Part shown: one piece after another, positions 13,501 to 26,403 of the stretch | How the letters are laid out: every line of letters begins with the position of its first letter | Numbering within the stretch: position 1 is the first letter of the stretch | Source: Eledone cirrhosa | Lineage: Eukaryota | Assembly (NCBI GenBank): GCA_964016885.1 | Contig: OZ024742.1 | Coordinates: forward strand, 215,698,001 to 215,762,000 | DNA: 64,000 nucleotides | Direction of reading: 5' to 3' | Notes under the pieces: generated by a model | Told to the model about the DNA's origin: nothing | What the model saw: only the letters and a program-made list of their open reading frames with translations | Databases searched by the model: none | Made by a program: the position numbers and the translations under genes

Positions 13501-15046
13501 GCAACTTATTGGAGGAATATGAAAGGTTGACGGGAGCAAAAACTTAACCCGGAATAGTCGGTGGGCTTGCAACTTGGCACCTGGAGAGGCAAGTCCATGC
13601 CGTCCAACAGCGTCGTTAGGCGCTGGACAGATGGACCGGTAAAGTTGCTCGGGGTTTGGTTCGGGCCAAACCTCCAGGTGGATAATAATTGGGACGAGGT
13701 GACGGGCAGGGTAGCCAGTCTCACCCAGAAATGGGCTGGGAGGAAGCTATCACTGAAAGGTCGGGCGGAGGTGGCGAACGTGTATATCGCGTCCCTCATC
13801 TACTACCGCCTGACCGTCGTCTCTTGCCCCCGTTTGCGCCCTCTTTGAGCGGCTCCTCTTCAAATTCTTATGGAGCGGTCAGGTTCCGCATGTGATGCGG
13901 TCCATCTGCTGCCACCACCCTCTACGTGGAGGGCTGGGCATGCCGTGGCTAATGATGTGCAGACACGCGCTGAGGCTGCGGCATCTCCAGATATTCTGCC
14001 TAAACGGTGAACAAGTGTGGTCGCCGTTTATCAGACGAGCCTTTCCGCAGCTCGTTTCTTTAACTGAGCTGCAGTCTTGGGTCAAGAATAGACCGAGACT
14101 GGGTGACTGGCATCTGGAATGTTGCCAGACACTCACTGCCCTCTACCAGGTTGGCAATGCGGTCAGTGGAAAATCCACTCTCGAGTTATATAAAGGTTTA
14201 GTAGTCAAGTTTAGTGGTCAAGTGCGAACACGCACTCGGAGAGGCTCTGGGACTCGACGAAGTCGAATAACAAGTCTGTTCCGAGGGACTTTCGAGCAGG
14301 GGACAATGGATAATTTCAAAAAATCACTCACTTGGCAGTACTACCGGGGACACTGCCGGTTCGAGATAAACTCTACAGGCACGGAAGGACTGTCAGACGG
14401 ACCTGCCCGAGATGCGCGTAGAGCGACGAAACCGTTCTGCATGCACTCATCCAGTGTCCGTGCATTACTGACTTGTGGAGTTATGTCGAACAGCTGTCGT
14501 CGCGTGTAGAACGGATCCGGCTATCGGCCAGGTCCATAGTGAAAATCGACCCGCCGCCTTCTTTCGGCCTTCTGGTGGCAGTAGCGAAAGAGGTTATATG
14601 GTGGACGTGGTTGAAAGGACTGAAGACCAATCCTTCGGCCAATCTCTCATCAACTTTTTCAAGTTTCATTTGGAAAGGAAGGTGAGGGTGGAGAGAGAAG
14701 TGCTGCCCCCCAGTAGATTTGCTGAAAGGTGGGTGAATGTGGCGAGAATGGCCCGTGTGAGTGGGCCTACTCTGGTCATGCGGCTGTAGGTGGGTAACTT
14801 CGAGGAAGAGAGGGGTGCCCTCCCAAGGTGCTCTCGAAGCGTCGCGCCGTTCAGGATTGGTGGGGTACCTGAGCGAACCCTGGGTGGTCATTCTCCCTAT
14901 TGGGGAATTTTTCTTGTTGTATTTTTCTTGTTACTTTGTTATTGTTATTCATATTGTTTACTCGAATTTTCTGTAAAACCCCAAAGTTCCAGTCTTTTGT
15001 ATTGTCCCCTATATGTCGGCCCTTGTGGCCAATAAATGAAATCATT
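10540..15046 (+). mobile_element. Tx1/L1-clade non-LTR retrotransposon, decayed, probably 5'-truncated in ORF1
   Basis: Pro/Thr/Lys-rich ORF1 remnant, then APE-RT-zinc finger ORF2, 3' UTR ending aataaatgaaatcatt; 15/16 TSD attataa(g/a)tagtagta at 10523-10538 and 15109-15124. Confidence 0.92.
11441..14789 (+). pseudogene. LINE ORF2 (APE endonuclease + reverse transcriptase + CCHC-type finger), multiple stops and frameshifts
   Basis: APE motifs DVMAVSETR, GGGVAVL, VAVYAP, LAGDSN, GPGYWKLN; RT motifs KSPGLGGLPYELY, NFRPITLFNTEFKILA, LDQSKAFHRVDH, VRQG, AYADD (~13444-13457); GGLGMP; CPRC..ETVLHALIQC near 14404-14458. Confidence 0.92.
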
Positions 15047-15112
15047 AAAATAAAGTACCAGTAATGTACTGGATATTTGCTCTCCTTGTGCCAAAAGTAA
15101 AAACAATTATTA
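15047..15112 (+). mobile_element. SINE 3' tail fragment abutting LINE 3' end
   Basis: aaaataaagtaccagtaatgtactgg...ccttgtgccaaaagtaaaaacaattatt. Confidence 0.85.
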
Positions 15113-15259
15113 TAAATAGTAGTATTACAACTACTATCCTTATTATTATTATCAATTTTATTATCTATCTTTATTTACGCACACTTTATATGCTTTCTAC
15201 TCCTTCTACTCTTAATTTACACATACCGCTTTTTGTCTTCTTTTCGTTGTTCTATACAT

Positions 15260-15362
<103 letters not shown>

Positions 15363-15770
15363 AGTGACTCGGTAATCTTGGCGGATCTTTTTCGAGAAAA
15401 TCTTAGCGATAGTCACCTACTACATGTCACACCAGCTAATCTCGCTGAAATCATCTTCCCAGGAGAAATTAAGTTCTAACAACGTTATTAGTCCTACCAG
15501 AACCAGGTGGAATACTATATATATACATACATACATACACACATATATCTATATATTTCTTTTGATTTATTGCGCATATGTGGGTGAAAGATCAAGTGCA
15601 TATGATTGTATTTGTATTTCCATGCAGACGCACATATACTTTTGTGTGAACGTATATGTTTACATTCTCTTACATATACGTATGAGTGAGTTTGTGTATG
15701 TGTATGTATTTGGATATTTATTTATTAATTTTTTTCCCTCAATTTTTGCCCGTTATTTTATTTAAGCACC

Positions 15771-15928
15771 GGGTGGTGGATTGGCAGTGTCAGTAGAGGG
15801 CCGGACGCCATGCTTTCCAGCATAGTTACGTGCCTTTACGATCTGAGTTCAAATCCCGCCGAGGTTGACTTTGCCTTTCATCCTTACGGGGTCGATAAAA
15901 TAAAGTACCAGTAATGCACCGGGTAATT
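15771..15928 (+). mobile_element. tRNA-derived SINE lacking the distal tail
   Basis: Same family as 9679; TSD ttattttattt(a/c)agc at 15753-15767 and 15927-15941. Confidence 0.85.
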
Positions 15929-16000
15929 ATTTTATTTCAGCCTCACTTTCATTTATCCTATACTCTGTTTTCAAACCCATATTACTACTTCATAAATAAA

Positions 16001-16064
16001 TATTTTTTCTGATGAATCAAGACATATAAACATCTGTCTTCAAGAAACCACTGGTAACTGAAAT
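16001..16064 (+). ncRNA. Hammerhead-like motif (degenerate) in a probable PLE pLTR remnant
   Basis: CTGATGA 16009-16015, stem II AAGACA/TGTCTT, GAAA 16044-16047, near-palindromic ACCACTGGT then A; stem I is weak; (TA)n starts ~80 nt downstream. Confidence 0.45.
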
Positions 16065-16186
16065 AATTATCTTTTGTTGTTTATTAGATAACTAAAAGGC
16101 TCTGTAGCACTCTATTTTCCTTTACCTTTCCTACAGAAAAACTTTATATATATATATATATGTGTGTGTCTATATATATATATATA

Positions 16187-16227
<41 letters not shown>

Positions 16228-16230
16228 CTC

Positions 16231-16334
<104 letters not shown>

Positions 16335-16336
16335 AA

Positions 16337-16453
16337 GGCGTGTGGCTGATTGGTTAGAGAATTGGATTCGCAATTGTAAGGTTGTGAGTTCGATTCCTGG
16401 ACCAGGCGATGCGTTGTGTCCTTCAGGAAGACACTTTATTTCACGTTGCTCCT
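16337..16453 (+). mobile_element. tRNA-derived CORE-type SINE 5' part (second SINE family)
   Basis: A box TGGCTGATTGG, B box GAGTTCGATTCC, then CORE-like gttgtgtccttcaggaagacactttatttcacgttgctcc. Confidence 0.7.
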
Positions 16454-17467
16454 TCTACCTGGAGTTGCGACCGATAGATAGTATTAGCAATTGGCAAGAC
16501 CAACGGAAACATGGTTTCCTCGGTCCGATTTGACGAAAGTCGATCGTTAAAAAAAAAAAAAATGTGTGTGTGTATGCAGAGTTATATATATGTGAGTGTG
16601 TGTGTGCAGATATATATATATATATATGTGTGTGTGTGCAGAGATATATATTTGTATGAGTGTGTGTATGCTGAGCCATACTTTCACCTTCGTACCTTCT
16701 GTGAGTCTTTTCAAAGTACCTATTAGCGTTTCTGACTATGACTTAACTGCCACTTCTCTCTGTTTGTCTTTCCATACTCTTTCGCTAAAAATTGGGTATT
16801 AATTATTTCTTTTTGAAGTATTTCCGCTCAGTGATCTCTGAGTTCAAATCCCTGCTACTTCTGCTTCGTTGAATGCCTTGTCTTTCTATCATATACAGCA
16901 GTGTCGTAAATATATTTTATTCAAGCGTTACGCAGGTGAACGACCTTAAGAATATGTTGAATAGGTTCAGATTCCTTGTTAATAACAGTTTCTATGACTT
17001 CCGTAACATCTGTTATATCAATATCCTCTCCGATTGTATTTTAAGTCCTTTTATTATGATAAATGATATATTGTAGAATACTTCCATCATCTATTTAAAT
17101 AGGAAATGGTGACTTGAGAAAATATATTAAGGCTGGACCTTTTCTTATCTGAATGCAAAGTGATTCCTTATCTTCGAGGACAACATTGTATCAGTTCCAA
17201 ACGTCTTTTATATATGAAACACCAAGGTATTTTCTTATTAGTAGTGATTAAAGAAATAAAACGAAATTATTTATGAGAATTTTGGTCACTCTTTACCAAT
17301 AGGTTATGAGAATGATTTATTTTCACGTGTAGTATATATTTTGGTATTAATAAAGCCCCCCCCCCCCCTCACAGTCGAAAATGTTGATGTCTTTGTAATG
17401 TACATAGCACGTACGAAATAATGGAATAACTTGATGCAGAATAGGTGATAACATCTCTCTTCCTTTT

Positions 17468-17509
<42 letters not shown>

Positions 17510-17515
<6 letters not shown>

Positions 17516-17772
17516 AAATAAAATAAATAAGTCAAATGTTTAAAATGTGGCTTCGTTTATTACTGCTATATATATTTCGGTGACAGCCATCTTTAGGTGT
17601 CAACGAAATATATATAGCAGTAATAAACGAAGCCAAATTTTAAACATTTTACTTATTTATTTTATTTTATTTTACATTACTCCGGAGTAACTAAACCAAC
17701 CTGCGCACTTCGTCGACTGCTCCAATCTGCATACTGAGGTGTTGGTATACAACCAACATATACTCAAAATTT
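17510..17772 (+). mobile_element. Minimal PLE-type fold-back remnant (76-bp hairpin + unpaired tail) in (TA)n
   Basis: Arms 17510-17585 and 17598-17674 with few mismatches; hairpin centre followed by cGAAA-TATATA-TA-GCAGT-AATAAA (hammerhead 3' half and polyA signal); TA runs on both sides. Confidence 0.6.
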
Positions 17773-18356
17773 ATATATATATAGGCAGTGAACACTCGAT
17801 GTTTAGGTTCACTTCTGTGTCGAGCTATACAGAGTGTATTATATTGAAAAGATAACAAGTACGATTGGTTATTCCTTCATTACATTTATTGGTTGGTGAC
17901 GCGCGTTTCACCAATGATCAGCTCAAGGTTCGATCTGTATCGATCTTACCCGACTCTGTAATCTGCAGCTCGACGGACCCCTTCAAATTCTAGTGGATAT
18001 ATGTATATATCAATGAAAAATGTCCAAGGTTCAATGAATTAGTACATTATTTATTTGATTTACTTATGTTTCATTCTACTATAAAGGAGTTAGCATTTAG
18101 TTCCTTTATAGAGAAATCTTCACAATCAGTATATAATATAAAGCACTTATTGGTTCACCAGCCTGAGGTTTTCATGCATCTAGCTATGGAATTTTGAAAA
18201 TCTACGATGACTGAAAATCTACGAATTTGAATATCATCTCTGAACTATCTTTCGCTGACCTGGATGTTGACAAAATTACGTTAGTGCATTAAATATATGA
18301 ATGCCTTGTGCAGCTGCATTATCCACACATATAATTTACCTCATATATCTGTATAT

Positions 18357-18425
<69 letters not shown>

Positions 18426-18811
18426 CTGTGTGAGTGTATATATATATATATATATATGGGATAACAAATTATCGTTATAGGTAATCCAGTTGGAGGTTGT
18501 GAATACTCCGTATTGTGGATAGTTTTAATGTACGGCGTTGTTGGACTCAACAAGAGGTTTCCTTGGGTTGCGATTTCTCGGGAATTCCTATGCAGGTTAA
18601 TCTTGGAGTAATAATATTGAAAAAGTGAAAAATAACATGGTTAACAGTATAAAAAGGCTTTTATTTACAGTATTAACAATTGTTTCATTGATTAGGTTGT
18701 CTAAAAATTGCTAATCACTTGAAGTTGTGTCACTCAATTTTAAATTCAATGTATGCCTAATCAAATCATCGGAAAAATTGATTAAAATTATGCACGCCGT
18801 TTGTAATATAC

Positions 18812-19256
18812 ACACAGGAAGGCCTCAAACTGTAACTGTCACCTTCCGGATAAGTGCCCACTACAAAATAGATGCCTGGAGTCAAATATAGTGTACCTGT
18901 GTACTATAAATTCAGGCAACTTAACATGGCACTACATAGGTTCTACGGCTGGGGAGTTAAAAAAAAGATGGTACGTCCACAGACACTCTATAAAGAACCG
19001 TAGACTAATGAACACAATAACGCTCGCCAATAAAATCTGGCAGCTTAAAGATACAAACCAGGAATACGGGATTAGCTAGTCGAAACTGTTGGGGGCAAAT
19101 GCCTACAGAAATGAAATGTCCCACTGCGGACTTTGCAATATGGAGTTGCTCCATATTTTAAAATAGGAAAAAATACTGCTTAATAGCAAAATAGAACGGT
19201 CAATTTTCTGTAGGCATAAAGCAGCTACTAAATTCGCTAATTTCAAACCAACTTGA
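18812..19256 (+). pseudogene. PLE GIY-YIG endonuclease fragment
   Basis: CNCHLPDKCPLQNRCLESNIVYLC..YIGST..KKRWYVH..TLANKIWQLK..*..CGLCNME..LLNSK..CRHK; two in-frame stops. Confidence 0.85.
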
Positions 19257-19811
19257 TTAGACCCAGAAATTCCATAATTCAAACTGTACCACCTGAGTCT
19301 ATTATAATAACCTATTATTATTAACTGTCAATAAATCAACTAATCATTGAATCAACCTCCTAACCATTCTTTCTTTCACTCTCCCTCCCTAAAACTATTT
19401 CATCTCTTCCATTATATCCTAACGTCTAACATAACTTCCAATTTATTAATTCATCCTTATTTAGCACTGTACTATTTCTTCATAATATAATTTAACCAAT
19501 ACATATATGTATTAGTATTTTCATATTTATACCATCACATCTTTATGTTTGAACCACCACCACCACCACCAACACTACAACTATTTTCAACAATCATATG
19601 ATCCCTTTTCTTCACACATACATACACTTTTTACTTATTTTTTTATCATCTTCATTTTAACTTAAAACATTACTTTTTTTTTCTCTCTTCTTTTTTCTTC
19701 TTTTTTATCTTTTTCTCTCTCCCTTTTTCTTTTTTTCTTTTTCTTTCTTTATTACTGATGTTTTTATTTTAATTTTCCTAGTATATTACAAACGCCGTGT
19801 ATAATTTTAAT

Positions 19812-19918
19812 CAGTTTTTCCGATGATTTGCTTCAGCATACATTGTATTTAAAATTGAGTGACACAACTTCAAGTGATTAGCAAGACAACCTAATCAATG
19901 AAACAATTGTTAATACTG
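19812..19918 (+). ncRNA. Type-I hammerhead-like motif with long stem-II loop (antisense twin at 18668-18780)
   Basis: CCGATGA core variant; in the left-arm copy stem II is TTGATTAGG/CCTAATCAA; GAAA-C-AATT-G-TT (palindrome AACAATTGTT); imperfect stem I cagttttt/aatactg. Confidence 0.55.
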
Positions 19919-19989
19919 TAAACAAAACCCTTTTTGTACTGTTAACCATGTTATTCTTCATTCTTCATTCTTCATTCTTTCACTATATA

Positions 19990-20080
<91 letters not shown>

Positions 20081-20445
20081 CTTTAACTCACAGTTTTCTT
20101 TCTGTCCCACAAAATTATCTTCCCTATAAATTTACATATGTATGGATGTAAACTCATATATCCATGGTTGAGATGTAAGGGTGCTGTTTTCATATTTAAA
20201 CTTGGCGAAACACATTCCTCAGTATGTCTACACACTGTCAATTTCTTTGAGTGAGAAAAATAGGGGAGATGGCATGTAAAGTGTAAAAATGAGAAATATA
20301 AAAAAAAGATAACTCATACTTGGTCGATCATCTATATATTGACCACAAAAATATGAAAGGAAAATGTACGACTGTGAAATTCGAATCACACAGATAACAG
20401 GAACGAGCAGCTCGACGCATTCTCTCCAACTTTCTAGAATTTGAG

Positions 20446-20479
<34 letters not shown>

Positions 20480-20879
20480 GGGGGGGGGGTTATAGTGCAC
20501 TACTTCTGTATTATCTTTGGTGAGGCGAGAGAAGCTCTGTGCACATTATAAATCTCGGTTCACCAGGAGTTTAAACCGGACGATAAAATTATCGACAGTA
20601 ATATAGCTTGTTTTTAAATACAGTTCTGGGAGCAGATAATTAATATTCAATATTACAACAATAAAAAAAAAGGCTACCAACTTACTGTCCTTTACTTCTA
20701 CGTCATTTTCAATGCGGTCATAATGGTACATGTATTTGCAGAACAACTGTAAATTATTACTTACCAATTAACTTCACCATACACATTACCTAAAATTGGC
20801 ATATCCTCAGGAAATTATATAGAATCAAATAAGGTTTACTAGCTCAAGAAGATTCATGACGACAGATAAGAGTTAGCCT

Positions 20880-21170
20880 GAAAACGAATTGAAGATAGCG
20901 AGTCTGGCTTTTACATCTCATTACCGAATGCTGCAATTCTTGAACTTAATTCAGCCTCCTGACTTTCATCACTCATAAACACGGCCCCGAGTAACGTGAA
21001 CTTTTCCACTTGCTTCAGTGAACTCCAATCACATATAGAGTGCACTCCGCAGGCTTCCTTGAGATGCTGAATGTCTTAGTTTTCGCAGCACTAATTTTCG
21101 TTGCAGCCATGCAGCATTCGGCACCAAACCTATCAAGTGAAAATCAGAGATCATCTTCTCAGTGGCACTA
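20880..21170 (-). mobile_element. RTE-clade LINE RT fragment
   Basis: Minus strand reads LDRFGAECCMAATKISAAKTK and, after a frameshift, LKQVEKFTLLGAVFMSDESQEAELSSRIAA, matching RTE RT domains downstream of YADD. Confidence 0.75.
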
Positions 21171-21941
21171 AGAAACTGTGAAATAATAGGTGTGCATAGG
21201 AAAGCATATACTGTGGTGCTGTTTCAAAATCCATTAATCCCTCATTAGTGATATTCACTCAACTGGTATAGACATGGAAATAGAATAGAGTTTATATAGA
21301 TTTTGCGTCATTAACATTTGCTGGAAATGTCCCTTTGCATATGGCAAAGAGAAAATATCTACTGGAAAAGCTCATTTGCATATTCAACGAACATGGCTGG
21401 TTTCAATTTATTAACGATAACACTAACAGAACGTTAAACATAATTGGGTGTATATGAAAGCATATAATTTATTCGTTAATAGAATAAACATATGGGAGCC
21501 TCAATGTCAAAGAAAAAAATGCTTTTCAGTTAGGAAAGTAATTTATCATCAAAGATTTTCCCGCAACTAGTACTGACATAGATATTTACTACAGACTATA
21601 AAGATTTTGCATGCTGGACCTTTATTGGAGATGCTCATTTGCATATAGCAAATAGAAGCTCCAGCTTTTATACCTTCCTACCGTGTGACATTTTTCCCCT
21701 TGGAAAATATCACCAGTAATGGTCAACTGAATTGTTTCTTCTCTCCTCAAGAGGCTGTGATGTTTCCCTAAGTTATTAAAATATCCAAGCTGGTTCTTAC
21801 ACAGCAAAACTGCTGTCAACATCGCTAAGGTAACTTTTTATCTTGTTTGCTTTTCCTACTTGAATTTGTAACACTCTGAATAATTGATTGATTTTTTAAT
21901 TAATTTATTAATTGAACAAAACTGGTAACGGATGGACATCC

Positions 21942-22298
<357 letters not shown>

Positions 22299-22540
22299 AT
22301 ATATATATATACACATATGTGTGTGTGTGAGTGTGTGTGTGGATACATATATATTTATATATATATATATATATATATATGTACATATATATATAATATA
22401 TATATGTATATATTTATATATAATATATATATATATATATACACTTATACATATATATATTATATATATATATATATATGTGTGTCTGTGTGTGTGTGTG
22501 TATACAAACCTATATATATATATATATATATATGCATATA

Positions 22541-22714
22541 GGAAAAAGCATGACCCTGACGGCAGAGCTCAAGCCGTTTCGACGGCTCGTCGAAACGGCT
22601 TGAGCTCTGTCGTCGGGGTCTTACTTTTCCCTATTACCCACTCTACTACCCTAAGTATTGAGTACTCTGGTGCATTATAGTCCATCTGGTTCCTTACAAC
22701 ATTTCCTTCGTTAT
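22541..22714 (+). mobile_element. ~175-bp hairpin element, copy 2, opposite orientation
   Basis: Same tail and stem as copy 1, with a 3-nt loop (gct). Confidence 0.75.
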
Positions 22715-22721
22715 ATATGCA

Positions 22722-22801
<80 letters not shown>

Positions 22802-23175
22802 CTGACAAACACTCACACATGTGTGTATGTATGTGTGTACGCATGTGTGTGCGTATGCGTGCAGATGACATATCGAGGCTGTAAAAGTAAGATATTTAAT
22901 CGTTTCCTTGTAGAAAAAATTATGTAAACTATCTATAACATTAGCAATAATAGAGGTATTTTTCTTTCTCCACACATTCGACATGACGTCACTGGGTATC
23001 AATAACACGCACACATTCACATACACATACACATACACACCTCGAAATGCTCACACAAAATTACATATTTTCCTCTCTATATATATCTGTGCGTAAATTT
23101 CTGTGTGTGTATGTATATAAACATATGTATGTGTACGTGTGCATACTTACATTCATATACATATATATATAGACT

Positions 23176-23248
<73 letters not shown>

Positions 23249-23342
23249 TTACATTTATATTTATATATATATATATATATAAATATATATATGTATATAA
23301 ATATATATATATGTATATATATACAAATATATATAAATATAT

Positions 23343-23428
<86 letters not shown>

Positions 23429-23485
23429 GTATATATATATATATATAAATATATATAAATGTATATATATATATATATATAAAAG

Positions 23486-23545
<60 letters not shown>

Positions 23546-24361
23546 CACACACACATATGTGTATGTTAGTGTGCGTGTATGTGTCTGTGCCTGTTTGTAT
23601 GTGTGTGCGTCTGTATAAAGATAGATCTGATGCAGGAGAGAAATATAGAGGAATAGAGATAAACTGCTATATGGAAGACAGTAATTCTGATTAAATAAGA
23701 AGAGCAATTGTCAAGGGTATTATAACCTTTTTCGTATTCATTAAATATAGAAGATTTTTTTCAGGATATACACGGCATAGCACATATAAAAAACTTAAAT
23801 ACTGAAATAGAATTAAAGGAAATATAACATGAAATAAAATGAATATAACAAGTGGGAAGCCCAGAATAAATATATCTTAGCTAAATAACATATCACTTTT
23901 CTATATTTTCTTTCTAATACGGAATTTTATTACTGATATTTTTTATTTATTGTATTTTTTATTGTAGAACTCGCTTCTCTTGTTGCCATATATATGTTTT
24001 CCGTTTATTAAATTCATTTATTGGCGTTTTCTTTCTCTCATAGTGAATAACATATAACAAATAATCAGAAGCAAAAAATTTAAAAAAGAATGCCTGCATC
24101 AAATATTACTTTATTACGTATCTTTGTGTTTTTATTTCTTCATATTTTATTTATTTCCTACTTCCCTGTAAATACACACACGCTGCTTTTTCCTTGTTGC
24201 TTCTCTTAACTTCTTCCAGAAGCTTCCTTCAATGTATGTGTGTGGGCTTGTATTACAGTTTGTCACAATGCATCTTAGTTTATATCATTCAAACTCATCT
24301 ATCACACACTTTGTATCGTTCTTTTACTACGACCACTTATCTGGCCGTATATATATCTGGC

Positions 24362-24425
<64 letters not shown>

Positions 24426-24700
24426 CCCCTCTCTATCTCTCTATCTATCTCTCTATCTATCTATCTATCTATCTACCCCCCCCTCTCTCTCTCTCTACAC
24501 ACACACACATATATATATATACACATATATATATAATTAGAATTTTATTTCTCACCCCAGCACAGCTGATAGATAAATGTAAGTACACACACGCACACAC
24601 ACGCGCGCACACACGCACACGCACACACGCACGCACACATAAATATATATACATAAGTACGAAAATATATATAAAAATATATATAAATATATCGAAAATT

Positions 24701-24889
24701 AATAATTGTTTCTACTTTTTGGCACAAGGCCAGCAATTATGCAGTACATTACTGGGAGTTTATCTTATCAACCCCATAAGGATGAAAGGCAAAGTTAACC
24801 TTGGCGGGATTTGAACTCAGATCATAAAGGGACATAACTATGCTAGAAAGCATGGCGTCTGACCCTCTACCGATACTGCCAATCCACCG
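24701..24889 (-). mobile_element. tRNA-derived SINE
   Basis: Reverse complement of the 9679 family; AATAAT context at both ends. Confidence 0.85.
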
Positions 24890-25250
24890 ATAATAATGTT
24901 CGATTCGTTTGTAAACTAACGGCCCCATTCGAAGCTGCGCCGCGCCTGGAACAATCGTCACATGTTTGTTCAACACCGGTTCTGGATCATTACCCTTCAT
25001 CAGGACTGCATACCTCTGCCAGTCTGTTGAACATTTGGAAATATATAGTATTTTCTTCAGTACACATCGGCTGAGGAGCCTCATTTGCATACCGGGCGAA
25101 TTATGGCTTACCTTGCCGAATATTAAAAATAAAATTAGAATTTTATTTCTCGCCCATATGTATACGTATATATGTGTGCGTATGCATATATACATTTTTG
25201 TTTCAGCTGTGCTAGGATGAGAAATAAAATTCATACATATATATATATAT

Positions 25251-25715
25251 ATATGAAGGACGTAAAATAAGAACATTTTAAAAAAAGATTAAAAAAATTA
25301 ACTTACTTACTAAAATTTTCACTCCAACTAATTAGTTTCTGCAATGGGATGTCACGTGATTGATTCTTTAGAATCTGCCATTTGACCAGAGACAGCGAGC
25401 TTTTCAGTGCATGGAATCCAGTCCCCGCTAGCTGTTCCATTTACCGAATTATTATTATTTTTATATGAGTCCCCGGTGTCCGCGCATTGCCTGGAGACTT
25501 AGCTTAGAATAGACTCCCTGATGACGCAATGAATTCTCGACGGTTATTTTACGCAACTGTCTTTATCCCATTGCAGAAACTAATTAGTTGGAGTGAAAAT
25601 TTTAGTAAGTAAGTTAATTTTTTAAATCTTTTTTAAAAATTTTCTTATTTTACGTCCTTCATATTATTGGTCTGCATCCTCCTGCATTGAACCACCTAGG
25701 TACTATGACATTACT
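25251..25715 (+). mobile_element. PLE-type fold-back remnant without coding sequence
   Basis: Inverted arms 25251-25350 and 25565-25664 plus a ~50-nt tail; complete hammerhead in the sense arm; starts at (TA)n. Confidence 0.75.
25513..25594 (+). ncRNA. Minimal type-I hammerhead ribozyme
   Basis: Stem I ACTCC/GGAGT, CTGATGA 25518-25524, stem II GCAATG/CATTGC, GAAA 25576-25579, palindromic AACTAATTAGTT, GUU cleavage triplet. Confidence 0.75.
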
Positions 25716-25773
25716 TATGTATTTGCTGGCATTAGCGTACATCTGTACGCATATGTTAGTAGATATACTAAAT

Positions 25774-25804
<31 letters not shown>

Positions 25805-26136
25805 GTGTGTGTGTGAGTGTGTGTATCTATTAAAATAGACAACACTAGTTGAAACATAATTAGTAAGGAAATACCACATAGAGCAGGTACAAAACCATAC
25901 ATCCAAGTCGTTGTTATCTTTTCCACTTCCAATTTATCATTATTCTCTAACATATGATACATTTTGTTTTATGATCGCTCTTCACTTCCCCGTGAATGTA
26001 ACTCCACCCACGATGAAATAGAATATGGCCGAATGTCAACAAACTATTTGATTAATTTTCATTTCGGCACCGAAATGTATTAACATTGAACATACAGCAT
26101 TTCCTTTTATTATTATATGATCCCAGTAATACACAT

Positions 26137-26403
26137 GGGCGGTGGATTAGCAGTATCGGTAGAGGTCCGGACGCCATGCTTTGACGCCGAGGTTAACTTT
26201 GCCTTTCATCCTTATGGGGTCGATAAAATAAAGTACCAGTAATGTACTGGGTAATTTCTGGCCTGGTGTCAAAACAATAGAAACAATTATTATATGATCC
26301 CGCCGAGGTTAACTTTGCCTTTCATCCTTACCGGGTCGATTAAATAAAGTACCAGTAATACACTGGATAATTGCTGGCCTTGTGCCTAAAAGTAGAAACA
26401 ATT
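26137..26403 (+). mobile_element. Two tandem SINE copies (internally deleted copy 26137-26292; 3' half 26297-26403)
   Basis: Family sequence; target atta(t/g)tatatga repeated three times (26109, 26286, 26401). Confidence 0.85.

Larger units (their letters stand above)
18458..19984 (+). mobile_element. Penelope-like element 3' fragment with inverted pLTR
   Basis: Inverted arms ~18631-18811 and 19781-19955 flank a GIY-YIG fragment; bounded by (TA)n on both sides. Confidence 0.88.
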
